Source: a bacterium
GTDB taxonomy: Bacteria > Patescibacteriota > Minisyncoccia > UBA6257 > JAGOQP01
DNA length: 50,771 nt
Assembly: GCA_021844025.1 (NCBI GenBank)
Contig: JAKBUF010000002.1
Coordinates: forward strand, 1 to 50,771
Direction: 5' to 3'
Shown one piece after another: positions 35,802 through 44,390 of this stretch; within the stretch, counting starts at the first letter, position 1, and each line of letters opens with the position of its first letter. The notes below the pieces were generated by a model. It saw only the letters and a list, made by a program, of their open reading frames with translations, did no database searches and was not told the origin of the DNA. The position numbers were made by a program, and so were the translations under genes.

Positions 35802-38800
35802 CTACACCTTCCCCATTTTTCGTACTGCCATCCATAACCGTTTGCCGTCTAGTTTTGTTTCAATCTCAGCATCAAACTTATCCATCTTTCCTACGGTAAT
35901 CGCGTGCGCGCCCACTTCTTTGCGCAAAAATGATTCGTGTGTCTGAACCATGGCCTCAATATCTGCGGTACTGGAAAGAGATAAAATAATAGTATCCTTG
36001 GGTACATATCCTGCATCTTGCCGTAAGTCTTGAATTGCACGGGTAAGTTCGCGTAGCAATCCTTCAGTTTTTAATTCGGGGGTAATGGTAGTGTCCAGCA
36101 CAAATTGTTCCTCAAGCGATTCTGAGAATACTAACTCTTTTACATTCACCTCATCACAAATAATATTAATTATATCGGGTACAAATGATCCTTTTGGTTT
36201 TTTTCCTTTCACTGTTAGCCGCGCTAAGGGCTGACGTACTTTAATTTGTAATTCTGCTCGTTTTGCAAGCGCTCCACTGGCAAGTTCCCGCGCCCATTGC
36301 ATAACTTCCAATAAAGCTTTGTCTGACGCATTTGTTTTGGTGCGCGGCCATACCTCCAAATGAACGGAATCTTTTCCGGGAAATGTATATTCTTTATGTA
36401 GCGATTGATATATGCTCTCTGCAAAAAATGGCACAAACGGAGCAAGCACCTTTGAAAAATCAAGGAGCACCGAAGCAAGCACACTCGATACTGTTTTTAG
36501 TTCTGTAGCATTTTCTGGCTTTTGAAAACGACGCCGCGACCGGCGAATATACCAACGAGACAAATCATCTACAAATGTTTCTATGTGGCTGGTGGCGCGT
36601 GTAATATCATATGAATCCATAGCTCCCTCCACCTCACGAGCCATGCCTGCGCACCTGGCTATAATCCATCGATCCAAAACCGACAATGAGCCGTTTGTTT
36701 TGTATAAAGAAAGTTTTTTTGCGCCATACAACCCCAAGAATGCATACGAATTATATGCCACCATTAAAAATCGCCGGAACGCTTTTACCAATTCCGCCTC
36801 ATCAAAGTTTTTTGGCTCTCCGGGAGGATTCACGGTGTAAAAATACCAGCGAATAGGATCGGCTCCGTATTTTTGCATAAGCATCCACGGGTCAACTACA
36901 TTTCCTTTTGACTTTGACATTTTCTGCCCGTTTTTATCGTGAATCAGTCCCAAACAAATCACATTTTTATAGGGAGTTTCTAGTCCTAATGCAGTTGCCA
37001 CAGCTAACAAGGTATAAAACCATCCGCGAGTTTGGTCTACCGCTTCCGAAATGTAATCTGCTGGGTATCTAATTTTTTTAATTGCATTTTTAAATTCGTT
37101 TTCTCTTTTTTGTTTTAAATTTTCAGATTTATTCGGAAATTGGAAATTGGAAATTGGAAATTGCGCAAATGGAAAATACATTTGCGCGTACGGCATTGCT
37201 CCCGAATCAAACCATACATCGGCAACTTCTTTTACCCGCTTCATTTCTGTTCCACACGTTTCGCAGGTAAAGGTGAGCTCATCAATATACGGACGGTGTA
37301 GATCTCCCATACCTCGCTGATCACGCGACAACGCCGCATAGGAAACAACATCAATATGAGCGGTTTTAAGAAAATCATCACCTCGTTTATTTTTTTCTGC
37401 AACACTTTCTTCCTGACTCCATCCTTTCAGCACGGTTTCTAACATCCATAATGGATAATCATGACTTACTACTAAAATAGTTTTCCCCGCATGGGTTTTT
37501 TCTATTTCTTTTACAAAATCAAACATACGACTTGCTACATCCGTAAGTGTTTCTCCTTTTGCGGGTGCTTTGGAAAAGCGATCGTCGTAGGTTGGGAATA
37601 GCGCATCATATCTGCTTACTGACTGGCCATCCAGCTCTCCTAAAAAGATTTCGCGTAATCGTTTGTCTATTTTTACTTTCATACCCAACGCTTCTCCCAC
37701 CATGTTTGCGGTTTGGTGGGTTCGATATAAATCCGAACATAGAATCAGATCAACCTTTTTTGTTTTTAGATCTTTGATAGTCCTACGCACCTGCGCTTCT
37801 CCTTTTTTAGTAAGTGGAAATTGTTCACTCTTTTTTACATCTCCACTAATAATATTTTTTACATTATGGAGCGCTCCCCCGTGGCGCATGAGTATATAGG
37901 TATTGGTGGATTGGGGTTGAGTAGATTCCAGTTCCGCACGAGAACCAATCACTCGCGTGTGTCCCTGCGCGCAACGCCATATAGGTAGGGGGGTACCCCA
38001 ATATCGTTCCCGTGAAAAATTCCAATCTTTAACATCTTTTAACCATTCTCCAAAACGACCCTCCTTAATATGAGCGGGAACCCAATTTACTTCATTATTT
38101 GACTGTAATAATTTTTCTTTTAGTCGCGTCATTTCTACAAACCACGATGATCGGGCATAGTATAAAAGCGGCGTGGAACAACGCCAACAAAACGGGTATT
38201 CGTGTTCATAGGGCACCTGCGCTAAGAGCGCGTTGTGTTCACTTAAGTATGCTAAAATCTGTTTTTCGGTTTCTACACCTTTTACAAATTTACCCCCTAA
38301 ACCCGGCACTTCTGTTTTAAACTTCCCCGCTTCATCAACGGTGTGGTGTTGTGGTAGCCCAATTTTTTTTCCTAACTGATAGTCATCGTCTCCATACATA
38401 ACTGCGGTATGTACTATTCCGGTTCCATCGGTCGTAGTCACAAAGTCTGCCGCATATACTTTATACGCAGTTTCGGTTTGTAATTTTGGAATATCAAACA
38501 ACGGCTCGTACTCCAATCCAATCAAATCTTTGCCCTTAATATTATCCTGGACTACCTCAAAAGGTTTGTTGGGGAAAATTGAGTTTGTTAAATCAGACGC
38601 TAAGATATAATTTTCATACTTTCCACTTTCAACTTTTAACTTTATAACTTTATAACTAATATTCCCCCCCACCGCCAACGCCACATTTCCAGGCAACGTC
38701 CATGGAGTTGTAGTCCATGATAGTATATAAGTATCTTTCCCAATTTTGAGTTTTGAGTTTTGAGTTTTGAGTTTAAACTTAATGTACACCGATGTGTCCG

Positions 38801-39407
38801 TTACTGTTTTATATCCTTGCGCAAGTTCGTGAGAAGAAAGCGCGGTCCCGCACCGCGGGCACCATGGTACCACCTTATGTCCTTCATACAACAGTCCCTT
38901 ATTATGAAACTGCTGAATAATCCACCACAAGCTTTCAATATATTCATTGTGGTACGTTACATACGGATGCTCCATGTCTAACCAATATCCCATGCGTTCG
39001 GTTAGTTTTTCCCATTCGGTTTTATAGGTCCATACCGATTCTTTGCATTTTTGGTTGAATGCCGCAATACCATATTTTTCAATATCTTTTTTTGAAGTAA
39101 GTTCTAGTTGTTTTTCTACCTGTAGTTCAACGGGGAGCCCATGAGTATCCCATCCTCCTTTGCGGGGTACGACAAACCCCTGCATGGTTTTATAGCGTAA
39201 AATCACGTCTTTAAACGAGCGTGCTAATATATGATGAATTCCCGGTCTGCCATTTGCAGTTGGCGGGCCTTCCCAAAAGTTAAAATGTTTTACCTTTTTT
39301 CCTTTTGGAGGGGTGATTGATTTTTGAAAAATAGATCGTTCTTTCCACAATGAAAGCACTTTTTCTTCTATTTCGGGAAGGTTGAAAGACTTAATATTTC
39401 GTAGCAT
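35802..39407 (-). CDS. ileS: isoleucine--tRNA ligase (type 2 architecture) with an inserted histidine-phosphatase domain and two repeat-derived inserts
   Basis: HIGH-type PTANGRPGIHH, editing-domain WTTTPWTLPGN, and KMSKS. 1201 aa. Confidence 0.95.
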   Translation of the reverse strand: MLRNIKSFNLPEIEEKVLSLWKERSIFQKSITPPKGKKVKHFNFWEGPPTANGRPGIHHILARSFKDVILRYKTMQGFVVPRKGGWDTHGLPVELQVEKQLELTSKKDIEKYGIAAFNQKCKESVWTYKTEWEKLTERMGYWLDMEHPYVTYHNEYIESLWWIIQQFHNKGLLYEGHKVVPWCPRCGTALSSHELAQGYKTVTDTSVYIKFKLKTQNSKLKIGKDTYILSWTTTPWTLPGNVALAVGGNISYKVIKLKVESGKYENYILASDLTNSIFPNKPFEVVQDNIKGKDLIGLEYEPLFDIPKLQTETAYKVYAADFVTTTDGTGIVHTAVMYGDDDYQLGKKIGLPQHHTVDEAGKFKTEVPGLGGKFVKGVETEKQILAYLSEHNALLAQVPYEHEYPFCWRCSTPLLYYARSSWFVEMTRLKEKLLQSNNEVNWVPAHIKEGRFGEWLKDVKDWNFSRERYWGTPLPIWRCAQGHTRVIGSRAELESTQPQSTNTYILMRHGGALHNVKNIISGDVKKSEQFPLTKKGEAQVRRTIKDLKTKKVDLILCSDLYRTHQTANMVGEALGMKVKIDKRLREIFLGELDGQSVSRYDALFPTYDDRFSKAPAKGETLTDVASRMFDFVKEIEKTHAGKTILVVSHDYPLWMLETVLKGWSQEESVAEKNKRGDDFLKTAHIDVVSYAALSRDQRGMGDLHRPYIDELTFTCETCGTEMKRVKEVADVWFDSGAMPYAQMYFPFAQFPISNFQFPNKSENLKQKRENEFKNAIKKIRYPADYISEAVDQTRGWFYTLLAVATALGLETPYKNVICLGLIHDKNGQKMSKSKGNVVDPWMLMQKYGADPIRWYFYTVNPPGEPKNFDEAELVKAFRRFLMVAYNSYAFLGLYGAKKLSLYKTNGSLSVLDRWIIARCAGMAREVEGAMDSYDITRATSHIETFVDDLSRWYIRRSRRRFQKPENATELKTVSSVLASVLLDFSKVLAPFVPFFAESIYQSLHKEYTFPGKDSVHLEVWPRTKTNASDKALLEVMQWARELASGALAKRAELQIKVRQPLARLTVKGKKPKGSFVPDIINIICDEVNVKELVFSESLEEQFVLDTTITPELKTEGLLRELTRAIQDLRQDAGYVPKDTIILSLSSTADIEAMVQTHESFLRKEVGAHAITVGKMDKFDAEIETKLDGKRLWMAVRKMGKV
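37135..37162. repeat. (GGAAATT)x4 tandem heptamer inside ileS
   Basis: Read directly from the sequence. Translated on the minus strand as QFPISNFQFP. Confidence 0.9.
37315..37925 (-). other. histidine phosphatase (phosphoglycerate-mutase-like) domain inserted in IleRS
   Basis: YILMRHGG (RHG motif), SDLYRTHQTA, LREIFLGELDG and LVVSHDYP. It lies between IGSRAELE and DLHRPYIDE. Confidence 0.75.
38744..38771. repeat. (TTTTGAG)x4 tandem heptamer inside ileS
   Basis: Read directly from the sequence. Translated on the minus strand as LKTQNSKLK. Confidence 0.9.
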
Positions 39408-39584
39408 ACCCCGTAATTTTACTTTATTTTAGATAATAAATAAAAAATATTACCAACAATAACAATGCCCAATAATAAAATTATACAATATCTCCTTTAT
39501 CGCCTACGGCGTATAAAGTAATATTACGGGGCATAGTTCTGTAATAGTACTTTATTTTAGGCAATAAGTGAAGTAATAAAAAGA

Positions 39585-39650
39585 CCCGGTAGTGAAATTC
39601 GCTTGTTGCGTAGCAACTATTACAACGTACGCGAATTTCTACTATCCGGG
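39585..39650. repeat. long imperfect hairpin with CCCGGTAG...CTACTATCCGGG ends
   Basis: CCCGGTAGTGAAATTCGC ... GCGAATTTCTACTATCCGGG with an inner GTTGC-GTA-GCAAC hairpin. Confidence 0.7.
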
Positions 39651-39665
39651 AAAAACATGTGAAAA

Positions 39666-39698
39666 GTAAAAAACGGGAGTTAAAATATTAACTCCCGT
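39666..39698 (-). terminator. intrinsic terminator of the 93-aa gene
   Basis: Perfect 11-bp stem ACGGGAGTTAA/TTAACTCCCGT with a 4-nt loop, followed on the minus strand by TTTTTAC. Confidence 0.75.
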
Positions 39699-39728
39699 AT
39701 CTTGCGACACTCGGTGTCGTAAGATAGA

Positions 39729-40010
39729 TTATTGAGGCTTGGGATGTGCATCAAACTTAAATGCACACACCAAATTTTTCAGCCAGTCTACCACTGCCAT
39801 TTTTGCAGTGTCTCCTTTTCCGGATATATCAGCTCCAGCCGAAGAATTATCTGGAAAATATTGTGGAACTAATTTCTGAACTTTCCACGAATCACTCTCC
39901 CCGAGATTAGCAATAACCTCTTCATTCACAAAGCACTCGATGCCGTGCTTATTGGGAAGGGTGATAGCGATTGGATCATCGGATATTATTAACACAACGC
40001 ATTTCTTCAT
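39729..40010 (-). CDS. small hypothetical protein
   Basis: 93 aa, GGAG about 9 nt upstream of the ATG, and its own terminator. Confidence 0.6.
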   Translation of the reverse strand: MKKCVVLIISDDPIAITLPNKHGIECFVNEEVIANLGESDSWKVQKLVPQYFPDNSSAGADISGKGDTAKMAVVDWLKNLVCAFKFDAHPKPQ

Positions 40011-40150
40011 AACACTCTCCGTTGTTATATTAAAAGTATGATTCTAAATGTTCTTGAAAGCTAATTTTAATAAACCACAAAATATACATACTTGCAAGTT
40101 GATAAAGATTCACCACAGCGCCAGCAGGGCGAGCACATTTCTACCACTGG

Positions 40151-40184
40151 AAATAAAAAATCCGCCTCAACCAGAAGCGGATTT
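40151..40184 (-). terminator. putative minus-strand terminator with no annotated gene upstream
   Basis: On the minus strand, AAATCCGC-(11 nt)-GCGGATTT is followed by TTTTTTATTT. Confidence 0.5.
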
Positions 40185-40247
40185 GAAAATTATATCCTCT
40201 CCCCGGCCATACGGGGGGAATATTTTAAAAATTTTATGCTGAATTCA

Positions 40248-40323
40248 CCCGGTAACTCTGTATTGGTTGTGTTTCGCAAGAAAACACACCCGCCACGTAG
40301 TGGTCTAATACAGAGTTACTGGG
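40248..40323. repeat. 76-nt hairpin element with 17-nt terminal inverted repeats
   Basis: CCCGGTAACTCTGTATT ... AATACAGAGTTACTGGG, with one G-T position. The inner part has two smaller hairpins. Confidence 0.8.
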
Positions 40324-40516
40324 TTGACTTATCCTCTATAATCCTCTACCCTAGCCTTATCCCCTAAGGGGGTTATTTTGTTGAGAATTAATTTTTATAA
40401 TTTTTGAATTTTTAAATAATAATTTAATGTTTTAATTTTTAAACATTTGGATTTAAGATTTATTTATAAAATTACAAAATTAAAAATTTTCCTAACTCCT
40501 TATTCCTTACTCCACT

Positions 40517-42331
40517 ATGTCTATTCGCTCCGACTTACGCAACATCGCCATCATCGCCCACGTGGACCATGGTAAAACAACGCTCGTTGATGCGTTGCTT
40601 AAACAATCCGAAGATTTTAAATTGAAAACCGACGATGTAAAAGAGTTAATTATGGACTCCAATGAATTAGAGCGTGAACGGGGTATTACCATTTTTTCTA
40701 AAAACGCCTCTATTCATTACCAGGGAACAAAAATAAATATCGTAGACACTCCCGGACACGCTGACTTTGGTGGAGAAGTAGAGCGTATTATGCGTATGGT
40801 AGATGGAGTTTTATTACTCGTAGATGCCAAAGAAGGCCCCATGCCTCAAACCAAATTTGTGCTTCGAAAAGCTATTCAAGCAGGGCATAAAATTATTGTG
40901 GTGGTAAATAAAATAGACAAACCCGACGCGCGGCCACTCTGGGCGCTTGATAAAACGTTTGATTTATTTATAGAACTGGGCGCAAGCGAAGAACAAGCAA
41001 ATTTCCCGGTCATTTATGCGGCCGGGTCATTGGGAAAAGCAGGTCTTGAACCCGATTTAACCACCATGCAAAATGTAGAGCCGCTGTTTCATGCAATAAT
41101 AAAATATATTCCGGGGCCCTCCATACACGACGATACTCCCCTACAAATGCTCACCGTTAATTTGGTGTATGATAACTACAAAGGAAAAATTGCAGTGGGA
41201 CGATTATATGCCGGTACTCTTGCCAAGGGCTCTCGAGTTTTACACATAGACAGAACTGGCGCGCAAAAACCAACCACCATAAGCGCTGTTATGTTATTTG
41301 ATGGACTGAAGCGTATTGACGCGCAAGAAGCCACCGCGGGAGAAATTGTGGCAATTGCGGGTATTCCCGATATTTCAATTGGAGAAACAATCACCGATAT
41401 TGAAAAGCCGCTTGCTCTTCCTCCTATTCATATTGATGAGCCGACTATTAAAATGATGTTTGGGGTAAATACCTCTCCTTTTATGGGACAAGACGGAGAA
41501 TATACCACCTCTCGCAATTTACGTGAACGATTATTCAAAGAACTAGACACCGATGTGGCGCTTCATGTAGAAGACACCGCTACTCCCGAAAAATTTATTG
41601 TTTCGGGACGTGGAGAATTACACTTATCTATTTTAATAGAAAAAATGCGCCGCGAAGGATACGAATTAGAAGTTTCAAAACCGCAGGTAATTTTTAAAGA
41701 AGAAAATGGAAACAAACAAGAACCTATGGAATTGGTTTCGTTTGAGGTGCCCGAGCAATATTCCGGCACGGTCATTGAACTTATGGGTAAACGATTGGGA
41801 GTCATGAAAGATATGCGCGTAGACAGAGGCGTTGCGTTTTTTGACTTTGTTATTCCGACTCGTGGATTAATTGGGATTCGGAATTCATTTATGACCGCCA
41901 CTCGTGGGCAAGGTATTATGAATTCTTTGTTTTTGGGTTATGAATCATATAAGGGAGATTTGCCGCCTGATTCACACGGATCTATTATTGCGTCTGAGTC
42001 GGGAACTTCAAATAGTTATGGGCTTATGACCGCGCAAGGCAGAGGAGAATTATTTATTGGCGCCGCGGTTCCGGTATATGAAGGCATGGTGGTTGGACAA
42101 AATGCAAAATCAGGAGATATTCCCGTAAATGTTTGTAAAACTAAAGAACTGAGTAACATGCGCTCCAAAAACCAGGGAATTCAAGAAACACTTGATGTGC
42201 CCCGCACTCTTTCCTTGGAAGACGCGCTTGATTATATTGGCGATGATGAGTTGGTAGAAATCACTCCGCTCAATATTCGTATTAGAAAAATGTATCTGAC
42301 GGAATTAGATAGAAAACGCTCTCAACGTTAG
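40517..42331 (+). CDS. typA: translational GTPase TypA/BipA
   Basis: G1 [10 protein letters not shown]3 DTPGHADF, G4 NKIDK. 604 aa with an EF-G-like domain order. Confidence 0.93.
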   Translation: MSIRSDLRNIAIIAHVDHGKTTLVDALLKQSEDFKLKTDDVKELIMDSNELERERGITIFSKNASIHYQGTKINIVDTPGHADFGGEVERIMRMVDGVLLLVDAKEGPMPQTKFVLRKAIQAGHKIIVVVNKIDKPDARPLWALDKTFDLFIELGASEEQANFPVIYAAGSLGKAGLEPDLTTMQNVEPLFHAIIKYIPGPSIHDDTPLQMLTVNLVYDNYKGKIAVGRLYAGTLAKGSRVLHIDRTGAQKPTTISAVMLFDGLKRIDAQEATAGEIVAIAGIPDISIGETITDIEKPLALPPIHIDEPTIKMMFGVNTSPFMGQDGEYTTSRNLRERLFKELDTDVALHVEDTATPEKFIVSGRGELHLSILIEKMRREGYELEVSKPQVIFKEENGNKQEPMELVSFEVPEQYSGTVIELMGKRLGVMKDMRVDRGVAFFDFVIPTRGLIGIRNSFMTATRGQGIMNSLFLGYESYKGDLPPDSHGSIIASESGTSNSYGLMTAQGRGELFIGAAVPVYEGMVVGQNAKSGDIPVNVCKTKELSNMRSKNQGIQETLDVPRTLSLEDALDYIGDDELVEITPLNIRIRKMYLTELDRKRSQR

Positions 42332-42398
42332 TAATTAATATATAAAAAGCAAAAACCGCCTTATTCAGGCGGTCTTTTGTCCGTAAAAATTTCAGTGG

Positions 42399-42647
42399 TT
42401 AGTTCTTTTTTATTTTTATCATTCCCCCAAATAAACTTTGCATAATCTCAGAAAAAACATCTTCAATTTTTCTTGATGAGGTCGGCGGGGTAAAAGTAAA
42501 CGGTTCATTATATTTCATATTATCCAACTTTATATCAAATCTTTTCATAGTTGTCTTTCGTTGTGCGGAATCTGGTGACTGCATTGATGCTGGATCAAGA
42601 GAAACAACGATTGATCTAAAGTCATGAGTATTTTCGTCAATCCACAT
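42399..42647 (-). CDS. hypothetical small protein or gene remnant
   Basis: 82-aa ORF. The frame stays open 41 codons upstream of the ATG without another ATG, which may indicate a decayed gene. Confidence 0.35.
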   Translation of the reverse strand: MWIDENTHDFRSIVVSLDPASMQSPDSAQRKTTMKRFDIKLDNMKYNEPFTFTPPTSSRKIEDVFSEIMQSLFGGMIKIKKN

Positions 42648-42916
42648 ATCAAAAGATTTTATATGAAACTGAGTACTTGATGCGGTTTCCGTTGGAGCCG
42701 TTGAACCAGTAAGTCCACCTATCTCTTCCAGTGCGCGCCTATTCCTATTTTTATATACATAATCTAATGATTAATTATAAAATAAAATTTGAACATACTA
42801 ATCAAAAAAAATGATTATACCGTAGTGGCAAGTTCTCTTCTCTTGGTTTTGTGGTTGTTTGAAAATTGAGTCATTAAAAATTTATTAGAAATTAGTTATT
42901 GGAAATTGAAAATTTT

Positions 42917-43945
42917 TTAAAAAAGTTCTTTCTCCTTTGAAACTCCCAGGTGTTTATAGGTTTCCGGAGTTGCTATGCGACCCGAAGCGGTACGCGCCAA
43001 CAGCCCCATTTTAATTAGATAGGGTTCATATACATCTTCAATAGTTCCCTTGTCTTCACTAATTGCAGCTGCAAGGGTAGAAAGTCCCACTGGCCCCCCA
43101 TTAAATTTTTCCACCAGCGCTTTTAATAATCTTCTGTCGTGGTCCTCTAATCCCAACTCATCAATTTCAAACATATCCAACGCGGTCTGTGCCACCTCTA
43201 CGTCTATTTCTTGTTTCTCTTCTATTTGCATTACATCTCGTACTCGGCGCAGTAAACGGTTTGCGGTACGCGGCGTATAGCGCGACGCGCGCGCAATTAG
43301 TTCTATTGCTTCTTGATTTATCGTAAGCCCCATTAGGCGCGCTGAACGCTCAATTATTTGTTCAATATCTTTTTGCGCATAATAATCAATCCGGAATGTT
43401 GCGCCAAACCGCGAACGCAATGGGTTTGAGAGTAAATTCACTCTTGTGGTTGCGGCAATCAAGGTAAAGGGAGGAAGATCAATAGAAATCATGCGTGCCG
43501 CAGGGCCTTTTCCAATAACCAAATGTAAGACCCGTGACTCCATAGCCGGGTAAAGCATTTCTTCAATCATTTTATTTAACCGATGAATCTCGTCTATAAA
43601 AAGCACATCTCCTTGTTCTAGCCCCGAAAGTATGGTTGCGAGATCTGCTGCCTTTTCTATAGAAGGCCCCGAGGTCATGCGCAAATGCGAGTTCATTTCT
43701 TTTGCAATAAGCATTGCAAGTGTTGTTTTTCCTAACCCCGCTTGCCCATATAAGAGAATATGGTCAATCACCTCTCCTCGTTTTTGCGCCGCGCCAATAA
43801 TGGTCTGTAGGTTCGTTTTGATTTTGTCTTGCCCCACATAGTCAGCGAATGTGTTGGGGCGCACCAATTGATCCAACGACACATCATCACGAGAAAAGTC
43901 TGGTTGTGTGTTTTGAGAAATGGGAGGAGTCGGAGATTTGAACAT
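42917..43945 (-). CDS. ruvB: Holliday junction branch migration helicase RuvB
   Basis: Walker A GQAGLGKTT, Walker B VLFIDEIH and sensor regions typical of RuvB. Confidence 0.95.
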   Translation of the reverse strand: MFKSPTPPISQNTQPDFSRDDVSLDQLVRPNTFADYVGQDKIKTNLQTIIGAAQKRGEVIDHILLYGQAGLGKTTLAMLIAKEMNSHLRMTSGPSIEKAADLATILSGLEQGDVLFIDEIHRLNKMIEEMLYPAMESRVLHLVIGKGPAARMISIDLPPFTLIAATTRVNLLSNPLRSRFGATFRIDYYAQKDIEQIIERSARLMGLTINQEAIELIARASRYTPRTANRLLRRVRDVMQIEEKQEIDVEVAQTALDMFEIDELGLEDHDRRLLKALVEKFNGGPVGLSTLAAAISEDKGTIEDVYEPYLIKMGLLARTASGRIATPETYKHLGVSKEKELF

Positions 43946-44150
43946 GGGTTCATTCTATCTTAAAGACACGACTAATTCAAAATTGTAGAAGAGTATTAGG
44001 GAATAAGTAGTATGCATTAAGGAGAATGAAATCACCTCCAAATCCACCATAATACTTAATACATAATACTAAATACTTCATATTTTTCCTCACTTTTAAA
44101 CCATAATAGAATCGCGTCCCTACATCAAACTGCGTTGTAGTGTGGTGGTT

Positions 44151-44236
44151 GCCCAGTAACTCTACACTAGATAATTTCAATTATTTATTGAAATTGTAAT
44201 GCATTCTCAAAATACAACTAGTGTAGAGTTACTGGG
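44151..44236. repeat. 86-nt hairpin element with perfect 19-bp terminal inverted repeats
   Basis: CCCAGTAACTCTACACTAG ... CTAGTGTAGAGTTACTGGG(G). The loop holds a nested 9-bp inverted repeat AATTTCAAT/ATTGAAATT. Confidence 0.9.
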
Positions 44237-44265
44237 GTTGACTTTTATGCTGTAGTATGATATAA
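44237..44265 (+). promoter_or_regulatory. near-consensus sigma-70-type promoter
   Basis: TTGACT (44237-44242), a 17-nt spacer, then TATAAT (44260-44265). It lies about 125 nt upstream of the 44391 start. Confidence 0.65.
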
Positions 44266-44390
44266 TTCGCTTAGACACTTAAAAACCGTTATTCATCTGA
44301 TTTTATGGGTAATAAACTTCCCCATACACATTCCCCATGGAATCAGATGCGTAACTAAATAAAATCTAAAAACAATTTAAGGGAGGCAAG

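Noticed and set aside
37135-38771. A CRISPR array suggested by the short direct repeats (GGAAATT, TTTTGAG, GAAAATTG words here and in intergenic regions)
   Set aside because: The units are 7-8 nt and directly tandem or irregularly scattered. There are no 25-40 nt repeats, no unique spacers and no cas genes.
39408-39728. A T-box leader upstream of ileS
   Set aside because: Hairpins are present, but I could not find the conserved T-box sequence, a specifier-loop layout or a terminator/antiterminator pair. The structures instead belong to the local hairpin repeat family.
40325-40343. A promoter formed by TTGACT and TATAAT next to the 76-nt hairpin
   Set aside because: The spacer between the two hexamers is only 7 nt, which is incompatible with a sigma-70-type promoter. 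The similar TTGACT at 44237 has a proper 17-nt spacer.
43977-44180. A 67-aa ORF in the ruvB upstream region
   Set aside because: It overlaps the left arm of the 86-nt hairpin, has no ribosome-binding site and has an implausible composition.
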